NCBI GenBank assembly: GCA_013265495.1
Contig: MU057560.1
Span: 942,753 to 1,006,752 of the forward strand
From: Vicugna vicugna
Lineage: Eukaryota
Direction of reading: 5' to 3'
Length of the DNA: 64,000 bases
In this document: positions 1 through 13,854 of the stretch, piece after piece
Layout: the number at the start of each line of letters is the position of its first letter
How positions within the stretch are numbered: position 1 is the first letter of the stretch
Notes under the pieces: generated by a model
Databases searched by the model: none
What the model was told of the DNA's origin: nothing
Seen by the model: the letters and a program-made list of their open reading frames with translations, nothing else
Position numbers and translations under genes: made by a program

Positions 1-299
1 CACAGAAAGCAGACCAGGGCTCCGGTGGAGAGCTTGCCAGATCCAGGGGATACGTCAGCAGGAAGACGCAGGTGATCTGGTGCCTGAACTGGTGTCAGAT
101 GTCACGTGACTGTGAATTTAAGTGTAGTCTGACATGAAGGCATCTCCACACAGGGTCCTGTACTTCATTGTTTTTAATGTGCCGACCCTCAAAACATATT
201 CATATGACTTACAAGTCAACGGAGGGGGGTTTGAAGAATTTTGTTTTTCATTTCAAGATGAGAAGATGGTGTTTACCTCAAATATAAGAATGATGGTGG

Positions 300-565
300 A
301 GTATGAGATATACGAGTTTTACTGTCTGGTGCCAAGATGTAGAAGTTGAGTTGATTAACAAAAAGTTGGGGAGAAAGATTCCAGGTGACTATGAAAACAA
401 GCACGACTTTCCTTGAGAAATGGTAAGTCATTCACCATTAGAAATTTTCAAGTACAAGTTAGAGGGTCAGTTCTGGACACTTTAAAACAATAGGTCCAAG
501 TGTTTGATGTGTGACCAGTGCAGATAACCTTCTGGAGTCCGTTTCAGATCAAAAGTTCCATGAGT
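300..565 (+). mobile_element. Highly decayed L3/CR1 (or MIR3-like) 3' fragment
   Basis: Resembles the CR1 3' end (ggtaagtcattcaccattagaaattttcaagtacaagttaga ... ccttctggagtccgtttcagatc..ttccatga); very diverged, recognised by eye. Confidence 0.35.
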
Positions 566-1219
566 CAAATGTTCCTCAAGACACTAGTTACCTTTCAGCA
601 TTGGGGAAAACTACATCCAGTACAGGTTTAGGTGGTAGCTTTACTGTTTGGTAGCTGTTTGAAGATACAGAGCAGATGTGGCCGAGATCTTCTTTCTCCA
701 GCCCATTTCCTTTTCCTCGCAGATTTACTAAGCTTTCACACAACTAATTGGATCTTGTTGGATATATATTGATCGGCATTTTTAATATTTCCATATTATG
801 GTCTACTAAGAGTATCACATACGTTTGTACTTTTTGGTGATTTCAAAAAAATTGAATTAAAAAATCAGATCTCTGGTCAGGGCACGTCTGCAGGACTGTC
901 CATCCAATTTTTTAACGAGGGTAGTGAAGTGCGTTTTGTTGTTATGAGGGGGAATCACAGGGTTTATCACAGCAGCTGGGCTGAATACCAGGGCCAGGAG
1001 TCTTGCCCAAGGCAGCGTGACCGGTTCCACATCAAAGAGATCACGCTGAATGTCACTCAAACCCTTAAGGGTTGGGGACTGCTCATACCTGTTCTCAGCT
1101 GTATCTTGAAAGAAATGGAGACAAGTCCGAAGCAGCACTAGTCCTCGGATTGCTGCCCCTACCTCTGCATCTGATTACCACAGAATGAGCCAAAGAGAGA
1201 GGTGCAACTGTAAATATCC

Positions 1220-1586
1220 ATCATGAGAATGTATCAATTATACGTGGAATTGAAAGAAATAGTACAAATGAACTTATTTACAAACTGGAAATAGACTCAC
1301 AGACACAGAAAACAAACAAGGATGACCAAAGGGGAAAAGGGGTTGGGGGTAGGAATAATTAGGAGTTAGGGACGAGCAGGTACAAACTACTATGTATAGA
1401 ATAGATAAACAGCAAGGGCCTGCTGTGCAGCACAGGGAACTATGTTCAACCCCTTATAACAACTTGTAAAGGAAATGAACCTGGAAAAGAATCTATGTAC
1501 ACACACATGTGTGTGTCTAACTGAACCACTTTGCTGGACAACTGAAGCTAACACTGTCAATCAACTGCACTTCAATTAAAAAAAAA
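1220..1586 (+). mobile_element. L1 3' UTR fragment (cetartiodactyl-type), 5' truncated
   Basis: tacaaatgaacttatttacaaa..aaatagactcacagac; tacaaactactatgtatagaatagataaacagcaagg..cagcacagggaactat; ends caactgcacttcaatt plus an A-tail. Confidence 0.9.
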
Positions 1587-1654
1587 GTACCAACCACATT
1601 AAAGGTGAGTACTTGTTTCTTAAAAAAAAAAAAAACTCTGCGATTCTTATTTAT

Positions 1655-1760
1655 TATGCGAATCATTTCATGATGTAAGTCAAATCAGGACACCATACGC
1701 CTTAAACCTGCACAGCGCTGTGTGTCAGGTATATCTCAATAAAACTGGAAGAAAGAATAA
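1655..1760 (+). mobile_element. Short L1 3' terminus of a different, older subfamily
   Basis: atgtaagtcaaatc...ccttaaacctgcacagcgctgtgtgtcaggtatatctcaataaaactggaagaaa matches a laurasiatherian L1 tail with AATAAA. Confidence 0.75.
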
Positions 1761-4700
1761 ATGTGCATTATGAGAATAAAGTAGAAGTAGTGATGTTCTC
1801 AGGCTTGCATACCTACGCAGATTACACACAGGTGGGTATATAGATTGTGTACACACTCGTACGTGCACACACACTGGGGTGTGTATTTTATGTGAACTTG
1901 AATATAACACAACCTCTGGAATTGCTGTAGTCGGTGACTTCCCAAATTTTTTAAATATCACAACACGAAAGCGTATCTCACAGAAAGCAGCGTGTGAACA
2001 GTTCATATCATAGGTATAAAAATATAATTCACACACAGTTTACAGGTTTTCAGAGCAAATGTGTCCACCTGTGTCTGGTGTTAGTTTTTCTGACTTTTGC
2101 AAAGCTAACCAAGGAAGGGGAAAAGCATCAGAGCATGAAGTGACTAAAAGCAGAATCAGTACGCAGAAGGGAGGTGACGGAAGGATGAAGGCCTGACCCC
2201 AGGGTGTGCGCAGTGGGTGTTTTCAGCTGATAGACACCTTTTATTTTCTCAGTGCTGAGATCATTAGAATCCCTTCCTAATTTACACACATGAAGAATCT
2301 TTGTCTTACTATCCTACAATTTGTTCAGAGGTTTGACATATTATTATTCATAGATATGTATCATGTGCTCATTTCGTAATCATTTCAGACTTGGAATGAT
2401 TGCCTAACATCAAAATGTAGCTTGCTCATGATGAAACTATAGCATGCTTTCAAATTGAAAATTTAGGTTTTGCTTTTTTTTTATGAAACCTGATGGAAAT
2501 TTTGAGGCACAATGAACATAAGACTAATTCATACTGTGTTATCGCTAATGTCTCTAATTCTAGAAACAGAAAACATGGACTGCCATGAATGCTTTTAAGG
2601 AATACCTGAAAAAAAAATGTTGGTTATGATGAAATCTATGTTATTGATGGTTACACTTGTAGTTTAATTAGAAGTGTTTTTTCTCCTTATAATGAGTGTG
2701 TATGGCATTGAGAATTTTTAATAATAGCCAACAGGATGTTTTGAACCAGTATGTATCAGTGCTGATCAAGACAGTTTCGTGCCCTTAAATCTGCTGAAGC
2801 CCAGCTCTTCAAACGATCAGGCTTTCAATCCAAGAGAGGCTTTCACAGCCGCGTCAGACTCACGCCCTGACAGTCTGCAGCGATTGCCTTCGGGTCTAGG
2901 TTTCCCAGCTCAGTTTTTGCTCCTGATTACGGCTTCACTTCGCTGAACATCCAGTCAGAAATGTGATTCTGTCCGGAGAGCCAGTGCCCTCCACGGCAGG
3001 AGCTCGTGTGAGCACATGCTGGTGTTCTCCACAGAGTTACTTGTGTTTAAATCAGAGACACAAGCCCCTTCCTTCGGCCCCCGCCCCTCCCCCCGCCGGC
3101 TGGCGGCTGTATTTCCCTTAGCATCCGTAATGCTAATTGGAGTTACATGTGTGCAGTTGGATCTGAATGTACCTCCAGATGTGACTTTTGTAAGCGAGCT
3201 CTTTCAGACGAAAACCTCTTCATGTTGCGGATGAAATTGCACCACACAAAGTATCTTCAGTTTAAAAAAAAAATTCCAAAGAGCACAGCCATTAGTATGA
3301 TTAAACACAATGTCAGAAATCTGAAATTACATCTATATTCTCAATTAGGTCTTCTGATTTTGATCCTTGCTTTTCTCTTATTTTCGACTTTAAAAAAACT
3401 GCCAAGACCCTGGGGATGTGATCTTAATTTAAAGGATAAATCTCTGTTATTCACTTTAAAACGACATCTAATCCTACTCGGCTTTGTAGAAAATTGAGGC
3501 CAGTACTAGAAATTCTAGAAGGCAAACAATATATACAACGTAATGTCAGCTGCCTAAAAATTAGTTTTATTTGTGCCTCTACTTAACAGTTTAGCTATTT
3601 TATAAGATAGCAGATTTAATACAAAGGAGAATAACGGATTTTGTGCATATCCCGGAGTGCAGCTGGAGAAGAAAGCACGAGATACAGTGCGAGAGCAATG
3701 CAGGATGAAGTGATCCCTCTTTCTCCGAGGTCTACGCAAAGGCGTACCGTCTCCCTGGTCGTATGGCCGCGTCGGCTTCTGTTTGGCAGGAATTCTCCTA
3801 CCGCTGAAGTCAACGCATCTTACACTTCTTCAACGGATTTAAATAAAAGCTGAATCTCAGTAACAAAGAAGACATTTGTATTTTAAAAAATGGATGTACT
3901 CCTGTGTTACATGGTTAAAGAACATATATTTAAGCTACGTTATGCTTTTTTGAAAAATCGTAGTAAATAGCATCACGGAGCAAAGCATCTCACACTTAAA
4001 ATCCAAAGAGACAGTGACATGGAGAAGCTTGGGTTATATTCAATCAAAGAGAATGGGGAGGAATCTTCAATGAGCCGTGCTGCGCCCCCTCCAGTAACAC
4101 TCGGAGCTTAATTCTCAGCCATTTATGCAGGGCTCATTTATAACCCTCCGCCTGGTTCTACTCCATTGGCAAAGGCAGACACCAAAACAAGTGATTACCA
4201 TAATTATTTTGGTCCAAGACGAAATCCTTTTACATAGTACACATCCTATTTCGTATTGGATTTTCAGGAGCTGTATCAATTTGAACAAAATTTCTATTAC
4301 GAATAATTATAAATACCAAAATGAACCCATGGCGGGGCGGGCTGATAACTGAACATATTCTTGTCGCTTTTTGACTCTTTTTCATTTTCCTGTCACCGCC
4401 TTAGTTTCCATGTCTCCACTTTGGGAGAGACAGCAAATAACATGCATAATTTAATTTTGAACATTTTAAAGCCAAGGAGTAGATTTCATTTTCCCCAGAG
4501 CATTTTATTAAGAGCATATTCTTACACCTAAGAAAAATTCAGTATGAAATACAAAAATGAAACAAATCTGTGTGGTGGTATATTTTATTATCAGGGGCTT
4601 ATTTTGATCAATCAATCACACTGAGACAACAAATCCTTTAGATCCATATTTCAATGCAAATATCGGTGGGGGAGGTTCAGGCTAAGTCTTCAATGTTTAA

Positions 4701-7700
4701 TGAGGTGTCTAGTTCATTCTTCTTAACTGAAATACTTTAAAAAACCACAGTGGTTAAACTTAATAATTTTATTAGATGGTAATAGTTATTTTATGAACAT
4801 TTTTCTCCAAGGAATTTTCTGTCTGATTATGAGTACTTTGCAGTTTCAGACAGTACGATGGATGCTCCCTTCCTATGACAAGAATTTTAACAGCCCTTTT
4901 CCTGCACTCAGTGCACACCCAATTATGCGTCTGAGCGAGTAACCTTGAATTTATGTTGCCATGGTGACAAACTGGTCATGCATTATGGATTATCATTGAA
5001 ATTCTACACCCCTACCTAGCATAATGAGAGCTGGGGACTTAATCAAATCAGCCATTCTGTGCGACACAAAGTGAAGAACTGGCTTTCATTGTTCCGCGCC
5101 GAGAAAGGAAGCGGGCCTGCCGGGGAGGCAGCTGCGGGGCTGCGGGCTGATAGATGGCTTTTCTATACATCTGTGAATGTATAGCCAGATGGTGCTCAGT
5201 GCCTGGAATCCGCAGCTTAGGCAGCAGCTGTTGGGATAACCTCTGCCGTCTCACCTTGTTGTCACGGGACACTGAACAGAGACTGAGAGCGTGCGCGGAT
5301 CCATTGACAGCGTGCCCGGACGCCCCCTGCACGGCACCCTTCTCTCCCCATGAGCCGGCTGGGCGAGGAGGGCTGCCGGGGACTCCATTTTACAAGAAGA
5401 AAGACAGAAAGCACGATTAGGGTGGTGACTTCGCTTTGGAGACACCAGCGTGCTGCTTCTGCGAAGCCCAGAAGCCCTGGGCACGACCACCCCGTCTCTG
5501 TAGGCGCATCAGGCTTCCTCTTCCAACAAGCAACAGGCACCTTGCGGCTGAGCCCTCTGCCTGTCACAGCGACGCCGTCCTGGTCTTTGATGTCAGAGCC
5601 TCTGACCAGAGAGATCACTGACGTGGCGGGGTTCTCTCTCGTCAGACAACGTGGCGAGTCGCAGCTAGTGAGGAGCCTCATGACCCTCCCTGCTTTGGAG
5701 CGGTTTTCGCCATGATGGGCTCGCCAAGGGGCAGAGACTGTGCTAAGGCAGTGGCTTGGAAGGGCCCGCTTCTGACGCTGCCTCAGTCTCAGGGTCCCTG
5801 GGAGTGTTCCTCAGCCGCAGGGTGGAGGCTCGGGGCTGGGGTACCGCACAGCCCCCTGCTGTCACCCAGTGCCCCCCGGGCTGGCCGGCCGGGCTGCCAT
5901 GCGCTTCAGTGACCCCACGAGGCCCGCGCCGTTACAGGGTTACCATCCCGTGGCAAACATTCTGCCCGTTTCTTTCATCTGAAATGCCCTGTTTGCTAGG
6001 TTTTGTTCATCCTTCTCATTGTTTGTCTCCTGCCTTCCCTGCTTCAACCTTTAAAACCGCCTCGGCCGTTTGACTGGGAAGACTTGCTCGTGTTTGCTGG
6101 AGGAAGGCCTTTCCTAAATATTTCATCAGGCTTTGGGTGTCTCGCCTTATCTAGCAGAACTGCATGACCGCAGGATAAGCGAGATTGTCTTATCAGTGAA
6201 ACACGCGTGGACCCCATAGATCATAACGGCTTCAAGAACGCCGTCGCATTTTCTCACATTAACGCGGAACAGACCACGAGGTACTTCCGTGAGGTCCAGA
6301 AGGCTCCAAAGTCAGCGCCGTCCACACCTGTGACATTTAAAACCGGCCTGCCTGGGTTCTGTTCTGACATTTGGGGAATTAGATGCATGGAAAAAGGTTG
6401 TTTTTTTTTTTAATTGACAGATACCTCTTGGTTATTTTCTAAGTGCTATTATAGGCCATTTGTCTATAAATGGATAGAAAGACTTCATGTAGGTTTGTAT
6501 TTAAGCATATGAAAACTGCCAGTAAGACACTGACAGTGCATTAAAACTAAAGGCTAATACTGCTACGAAAATTAAATACCCAAATGGAAAATATGAGCAA
6601 GGAAATCTGCAGCCACCTAAATATATTCCTAAGCACCTGTTTTATGTGAACGTGTTTTGTATCCGGTGGGGAGTTCTTTGCTTAAAATGGATGGAAAGCG
6701 ACAGTCATTTGAAGTCTGCATCTTTGTGCTCATGCGTAAGGAACAGCTTTGAACTGTTACCATCAAAGATATTTTGCTTAATTTTTCATTTTTCTGTGAA
6801 ATAGCACTTAAGGAGTTTTGGGGTTTTTTTCCATGAAAGTGTGACAAATAAGCTCATTGAGAACACCCATCTGAACAGTGCTGCAAGCTCTAAACATATA
6901 TTTTAAATTTTCGACAAAATGAAGAAAAAAGGTGTATTTTTAAATTAATTCTTCAAACCTATTCATGTACACTATACAGCTGTATGTTAGATTAAAAATG
7001 TTCATATTAAAGGTAACATTGTCTATTTTCTCTAAAACTAATCATGAAAGCAGAAATTTAGGCATTGAAAAGCTTTCTAAACAAAAATGTTATCCGTATG
7101 TTGCAAAAAAAATTGGCTTACTTTTAAAAGCTTTTTTGCAAAATATCAAATATATATTACTATATAAAGAAATAAGTTAAGCTTCTACTGAATATAAAAG
7201 TAATTTAAAATTTCTAGTGAAGCCATGATTATTGACTAAGTCTTAGCACTGTCCCAACACTTAAAATCAAAAGCACATTGTCGGTTGCAAAGGTTCATCC
7301 ACGGAAGTTTGATAACCATTAGCTCCAAAGAGCCCCTTCTCTAGCCTAGTGTTGCCTGACTAGCTCCCATTCTTCAGCCAATTCTTCATGGTCTAATAAA
7401 AATTATCTAACTAATTTTTTTAGTTTATTTTAAGTAATTCTCAAATGAGTTATCATGAAAAAATATTTGCAATGAACAGACCTGCAGATAAAAAATGTTT
7501 TTTACTTACTTCTCTGAGTTAATTTTTAATGATTTCACCTTCTCGTGTACATTGGACTTCTTTGACCATCTCTCCTGTTAAATAGATTAACAGAGCTCAA
7601 GTATGTGTAACAGTACACATTTACATTTATTTCTTTCTATTTATTAAATGCATTAAAAATGCATGCATATTGAGAATGACATGGTGAGAAGAGAAATAAC

Positions 7701-10282
7701 TTCCCAAAGAGAATAACTGAAAACGTGTCTTCCTGTCCTTAGGTGGCAGGACTGAGGGCGGGGCTGGGGAACGTGGAAGTGGCATTCCAGGTTACGCTTG
7801 GTGTCTCACTCTGTGGCGGTTAAATCGGGGAACGAAATGCACTCAAGATGACAGCACACGCCCCCTGTTCCCAGCGCTCCACGACTCCCAAACTTTTCTC
7901 CAACATAACCCACTCAGGGAGAGACACTCAACAGCTAACCGCTCCTTCTAACTGGTCCGTGTGTCAGAGAAGTTACCAGTACGCCGCCTGTCAATGCTGA
8001 TGACTGTGGGACATTGAAGAACCATGATCCTGGCTGTTCAGAGTTAAAGACATTATTATCGTGACGTTTCCTTGACCGCACGCCCCCTGTATCGTTCATG
8101 CAGGCTTTGGAACAGTGGCCTATGCACCCAGGTAGTTATATGCTATGTCTGTCAGCAATGAGGCAATAGAGTCTCATAGTCATGCTAGTTTCAGGGCGAG
8201 CTTTTCCTGGTCCTTCGTGAGACATCAGAGTGACCACCACTGGCTTACACCTTGGCTGCCATACTGAAGACAAAGTCAACCCAGCTGTCCCGTCCAGCCC
8301 GAGTGTCTCTCTCCTTTAGAGCTCCTCAGGTGCTAGCGCCAGCTTGAGGAAGGGCGGGAGCTGCTTCTCTGCTGGGCGGCAGCTTAGAAGGGCAGTCAGC
8401 ACGGTACAGAATCAGTCCGGTAAGGACGCCAGACGGCGCTGGCTGAAGCGGTCCACGGCTTCACTCGGTCACAGTCACACCAGCCTGGCTCTTCTGTTTC
8501 CTCCTTTTGTCCTGCTGGACTGTGACCTGGGGACCCTCTCCAGAACAACCCATCCCAGTCCCTTGCAGGCATGAAGAGGCAACTTGTAATGCTCCACAGA
8601 AGCACCTCCACCTGCACACACCTGGGAGCTGCAGGCTTGGCTGAGGTTGTGAAATGCTCACTGAGGCTGGGAGGCTGGGAGGCTGGGAAGTGATTGTCCC
8701 TTCTGCTCTGATTTCCCCCCTCTTCCTTAACTTGTATAATATGCTCCTTTGGCCACGAGCTGGCCTGGCAGAGCTGGACAACACACGTGGTCCTGGACGC
8801 TCAGGGGGCAGCAGCGGCTGATCATCGTGACGAGGCCACGCTCCCCAGGAAGACGCCAGACACGGCGGAAGTCTTGTCCTGCTGTCATCCCCTCGGATCC
8901 TTCTGCCCTCCTTCCTCACGCAGCCTGTGTTGGCGGGTAGAACGTGGAGACAGCATGGTTTAAAGCACTTGTTTTCAAATATTTTTAAGCACCAGAGCAC
9001 TTTTTCAAGTAAGATTCTAAGACGTTCAGTCTACAGAACAGATTGCAGAAAAGCAGTACTGGTTGGAGTGGGGTGGTGGCTCCGTCCCCCTCCAGGTCGC
9101 CCCCCTCCCCTGCCAGGCCCTGCTCTCACAGCTTCCCCAGCTCCTGGAGCAGTAAGTGCAATCTTTAAAATTCAGGAGCACGATGTGAAAAACCACCGGC
9201 TGAGCAGAAAGTGTAAGGGACTTGGAGTCACAGGACGTCAAAGTGTGAGGAGACTCACCGGCTCCGGTGGGATCTTGGACTTTTCTCTGTGCACCTGGTT
9301 CCCGTATCAGCAATGAGGGGAACGACGCCCCTCTGAGAAGCACTTACAGAGCAGAAGAAACCCAGCGCGTCTCAGGACACGCACGGGGCGTGGCTGCCGG
9401 GACGAAGCAGCCAGTCGGCTTCGCCTGACTCCCAGGAGTCCGCTTCGGAAAAGTGGGTGTCCTGTCATACTCTGAAAGTCAGAGTTACTCTAGGAAATCT
9501 TAGAAACATAAAATATGAAAAAAACCAGCTATTCAGGAAACACAACCTTCAGGATATTCTTATGATTTCCACTTATACCTCACACACCAGGTGAAACAGC
9601 TGGAAGTTAAATAAAAGACATACTTGAAATTTTCTAACTCCATTATTTTATGTCAAAATAGAGGTGAACCGTAAGATATGTTTTTATTCACTAGTTTATG
9701 AATCTCATTTGGTCCAGTGCAATCAGCTTGACTGAAAAGTATTGTCAGCCAGACAACATATAAACTGTAGGGTCAACTGAAACAGGAAATCCATCTCTTG
9801 GGTACATTTCAAGTTCATGCTCCCTAACGTTACCTTTAGGCTCTTGTTCCTGGACAAGACTTGAAGTGTCGTTTGATTCGCTTATTGCCTGAATTGAACT
9901 CGGGTACTTCAACTTTACCAACGTATTGAAAGGTAAGTGAGTGCTTATTAATGTATATGATTTTAAATTCCAGTGAATATGATGATCATTCTAACAGAAA
10001 GCCATTCTAATTATTTAGAAACAGACCACAGAAAAATGGCAACCAGTTGTTGGAAACTGTAAGGACTGCACAAGGGACACTGCAGGTGTTTTTAAAGGTT
10101 TTCTATGACAGTGCAGCCTTCGTCATTGCAGGATCACCGAAACAGGACCGAGCTAGCCACAGGGAGGAGGAGCAGACGTCACGTGCTAAGCCGACATCAT
10201 CTCACTTCTGTCTTGCAGAGAAAACGATCGAGATTTAATTAATACACTATCTTCAACGTGAAAAATAAGTATGTTTATTTGC

Positions 10283-10440
10283 AATAATAGTACATGATTT
10301 GCATCTACTAAGTACGTACTGTGTGTCAAATGCCTTGGTTATCTCCTTCAAGTCACACTACAGATACATTTTATTCATCCAACTTCATTCACAGATGAAG
10401 TCGCTGAGGCTCAGAGAAGAAAAAATAATTCACTTAAGTT
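10283..10440 (-). mobile_element. MIR SINE fragment
   Basis: Core motif ttcacagatgaagtcgctgaggctcagaga (cf. ttacagatgaggaaactgaggctcagaga), preceded by aataatagta..aagtacgtactgtgtgtca. Confidence 0.7.
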
Positions 10441-10821
10441 CAAATCTAGCTTATAGTCAAAATCCTGCTTGCTTGCTTGATTTCTCATCTGTGATTTCAG
10501 CTTTCTCTTCCCTTGAGAACACTCTTCACCAGCTGTGGAGAAGGGACCAGCCGCGTGGGAGCCACATCTCCCCACAAGATCTTTATAGACGAAACCAAGT
10601 CACACACAGCTCTTCAGTGATGCTCCTCACGACTGCAGAACAGCCAGGCAGAGCGGTGGCCTCTGCCGCCCCACGCGCTGGGGTTTGAAGAGCAGCTATT
10701 GGTTACGAAGCCAGGGGAGCTGATGCGATTTCCCTGCACCACCGCCAAGCCGGTCTGGGGGCCTTGAGAGCACAATTCAGTCAGTTGCGCTCTCTTTAAC
10801 AAAGACGCTCCTCACGAAAAA

Positions 10822-10947
10822 GGGGGACACGCGCTGCTATTTCCCCGAGATAGTCCTGGTTTATTTCCGTTTACCCGCACGACTATTGATGGCACATCCT
10901 TTCACTCGCAAAGGATGTCGGACTGGATGATAAATATGATCAAGCCA
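10822..10947. mobile_element. MER94-like hAT-Blackjack MITE
   Basis: gatagtcctggttta...ctattgatggcacatcctttcactcgcaaag..gactggatgataaatatgatca follows the MER94 layout over about 125 bp. Confidence 0.65.
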
Positions 10948-12448
10948 CCTGCACGCATTATTACCGGTGGAAGTTAATTTCTATCACTATCATAAGTCAA
11001 GATGCAAAGCTGAGCAACCGTTTAAGGAACACGTATCAATAGGTATCATATGATGGCTTTATTAACTCAATTTAAGTGATTATTTATCAATACCTAAGCT
11101 TATTCTGTTTCTTACCACGGCCACACGGGAGCAGCCTCTGTCTCCCAGCACTTTGTCAATGAAGTCAAAACAGCTTTCTGTCTTCTGTGACTCTCGATCA
11201 CGACGGGTCCCCTGGGCCACCAGGGCTGAGTGATGCTCTGAGCGATGCTCTCAGGGCTGGCTTCTGACAGGAAAGAAGGAAGACCTACTCAGGGCTCCCT
11301 CCCTCCACCCACGAATGTCTGGGTAATGCTCATGCGTACAGTTTAGATTCACTTCGAACCAATGAAACCAAAGACTGTTTGGACTCTGCACTGTGCTTGT
11401 AAATCTTTGATCCCATCAAGCGGCCATGCCTTACCGTAACCAGTTCAGCTTTGAAAAAAGCTCAACTGCTCTGACACTGCAGTGGTGCAATTAGGAGAGA
11501 AAGAAAAGGCATGAACACCAGCCAAGGGATGAACAGTGAGTAAGTTTGGTGCAAAAGGTCTGAAACCATAGTGGGTTGTGAAAGAAACACTCATTAGTGA
11601 TATCTGGGGCACCAATATATTAAGATGCAAAAGTAACAGTGAATGTGCAGGCACCGTGGGAAACCGATACGCTGGCTGGCCAGGCTGCCCCACCACGATC
11701 TCAACGCAGTTACGGCGTGATCAGCAGAAGAAGTGACGCAGACAGCTTGGGGGAGGTTGAGGAAGGAAAAGTCAAGATGAAGCAAGACCTGGAAATAAGT
11801 ATCAGGAAGTGCAATGGATTATTTACTTTTCATTCACCAGAGAGACGGTGTGGACGAGCCCTAAGAACAGGCTTTACATCATCAACAGACGATTAGTCAG
11901 AGCAGAAACCGGCCGGCTGAGCAAAACCGGACTTGAGTTTCCGCACGAATACTTTTATTTAAAACAAGGGAGGGATTTTTCTGCCAAGATAGATAGCTTT
12001 TAAAATAGCGGAGTGTGGCTGAGAAAATCTGGAATTTTCTTTGCAAGAAGACCTATCATTTATTTATTTTTTTGCAAGGTGCTGGAGACGGGAGGAGGCC
12101 AACCCCACTGTCACGCTCCCGGGCGGTCCTTCCTGGGAGCAGAGGGCGTCTGTCCCGTGGAGCGGCGCCCTCTCCGACCCGGGTGAGCATTCGTGAGCAG
12201 CAGTTCTCTTTTGTGACCACACTTTTCTACTCTGTTATATTTAAAAGTTTCTCTTTTTTTCAATGCTTACTCTCAATGCTTTTCACAGGACTTTAGTATT
12301 TATTCCCTGTCTTGAAGCATTAAAAATAAAATAGATCATCATCTTCTCCAGGTCAAAATGACAGCTGGAATACTGCATCTCTTTTTTACTCCCTCTTCAA
12401 ACCCTTTGAAGTCTAGAGTAAAGGGGCTTCTCCAAAGTCATAAATCCA

Positions 12449-12581
12449 GGGGAAGGTACAGCTCAGGTGGTAGAGCACCCACTCAGTGTGCACAAGGTCC
12501 TGGGTACAATCCCCAGAACCTCTTCTAAAAACAGATAAAGAAATAGACATAATTACACCCTCCCCCCTCAAGAAAAAAGCA
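12449..12581 (+). mobile_element. tRNA-derived SINE, Vic-1-like (camelid)
   Basis: ggggaaggtacagctcaggtggtagagc...aggtcctgggtacaatccccag, AT-rich linker, taattacaccctccccc, A-tail. Degenerate 15-bp TSD aaagtcataaatcca (12434-12448) / aaagccacaaatcca (12582-12596). Confidence 0.9.
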
Positions 12582-13664
12582 AAAGCCACAAATCCACCAG
12601 GGCCTTGAGTCCAAGAGGAGCAGCTTTCAGGAGCTGGAAGCTCGTGGAGAAGCAGGAGAGGGCCTCAGGACCGGGGAAGTGGTATTCTGCGTCCACAGAG
12701 GCGTCCCTGTGACCAGGACGAGCCCCACGGCCCTAGGCTGGCACTGGGCACTCTGGACCTGGAGGTGTGTGCAGGGGCAGAGAGAGAGAAGACAAGCCCA
12801 GACAGGCCCCCTCTCTGAGCATCTGGGCCACGTGCAGACCCCCACGCGCCGGAGCCCGGAGCTCTGTCCTCATGTGTGTCCAACACGGCACCTCCCTGCC
12901 CGAGACCTCGGGGGGCATGCAGCCTGGAGCCACCCCACTGGCCGGGCGATCCAAGAACACAGGAGCCTGGACGCCAATGTCCTGGGGGCCCTGCCCACTG
13001 GCTCCCACCCGATGGGCAGCCCGACTGCCAGTCTCTCTGAAGAATGTGACAAGCTCCCGAGGCGAGCAGAAAGATATTGATACTGGAGTTTTGCCAGATC
13101 AGTAACCTCAAGATTAAAGAATTATTTTCCAGGCTTATATGCTTCAGTTTCTTGTTTTTAACATTTCCATCTTTAATCCATCTGGGATTTATTTGGGTGT
13201 ACAGACATGTTTTTATAGTGTTATTGTGTTAGGTATTCCCTGGTACATACTGGGGTGAAAATAGTGGGAAAGGGAAATGAAATATAGTGTTTGCGGAACA
13301 GAATTAGTCTCGATGTGAGGCTAGTGCAAATTAATTCTCATTACCAACTCCTAGGGGATCACCAGAGGTTACTGAAAACATAGGCAGAAAGTAGCCAAGT
13401 TGACGGACAGGTTTATTTTTAGAAAGCCTCTTGTAGCCATAAGCCCTCTGATAAACAGGTTCTGTAACACAAGGTCACAGAAGCAGTGGCGGGTTGAAGG
13501 AAGCTGCAAGCGGCTGTGAAGGAGCCTGCTTCAAACGGAGACGACCCAGGAATTCTGGGTGCTGTAGCAGTGTCTCCTAGGACACGCAGGCAGCCAGTGA
13601 ATTTAATTCTGCTGGAAGCATTTCTTGTTTCGTATCATCTGGGGATCAAGGCAGGTATTTCTAG

Positions 13665-13760
13665 CCAGTGTTGTTCAAAACTGGTCTGCCACAGAAAATC
13701 TGAGATTCTTATAAAAATGGGGTTCCTGGGTCCCCCAGATCTGCTTGATCAAAATCCAGT
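13665..13760. mobile_element. MER5-family hAT-Charlie fragment
   Basis: cagtgttgttcaaa...ttcttataaaaatggggttcctgggtcccccagatctgcttgatcaaaatc. Confidence 0.5.
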
Positions 13761-13854
13761 CAGCTGCACTAACTAATTAACTGACTGTAAAACAAGGTGG
13801 TGCTCCTATTTAAGGGAGGGGGGAGTTGAAAGGTTTGTGGGGGAACATGATCAT

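Noticed and set aside
5153..5190. Resemblance of atggcttttc...tgtga to mature miR-135
   Set aside because: Only the first ~10 nt and the end match. The local stem is 8 bp and the sequence would span the loop, so there is no pre-miRNA hairpin.
7504..7590. Possible minus-strand exon (ttaacag acceptor, GTAAGT donor)
   Set aside because: Weak pyrimidine tract, unrecognised peptide and no partner exons; such signals occur often by chance.
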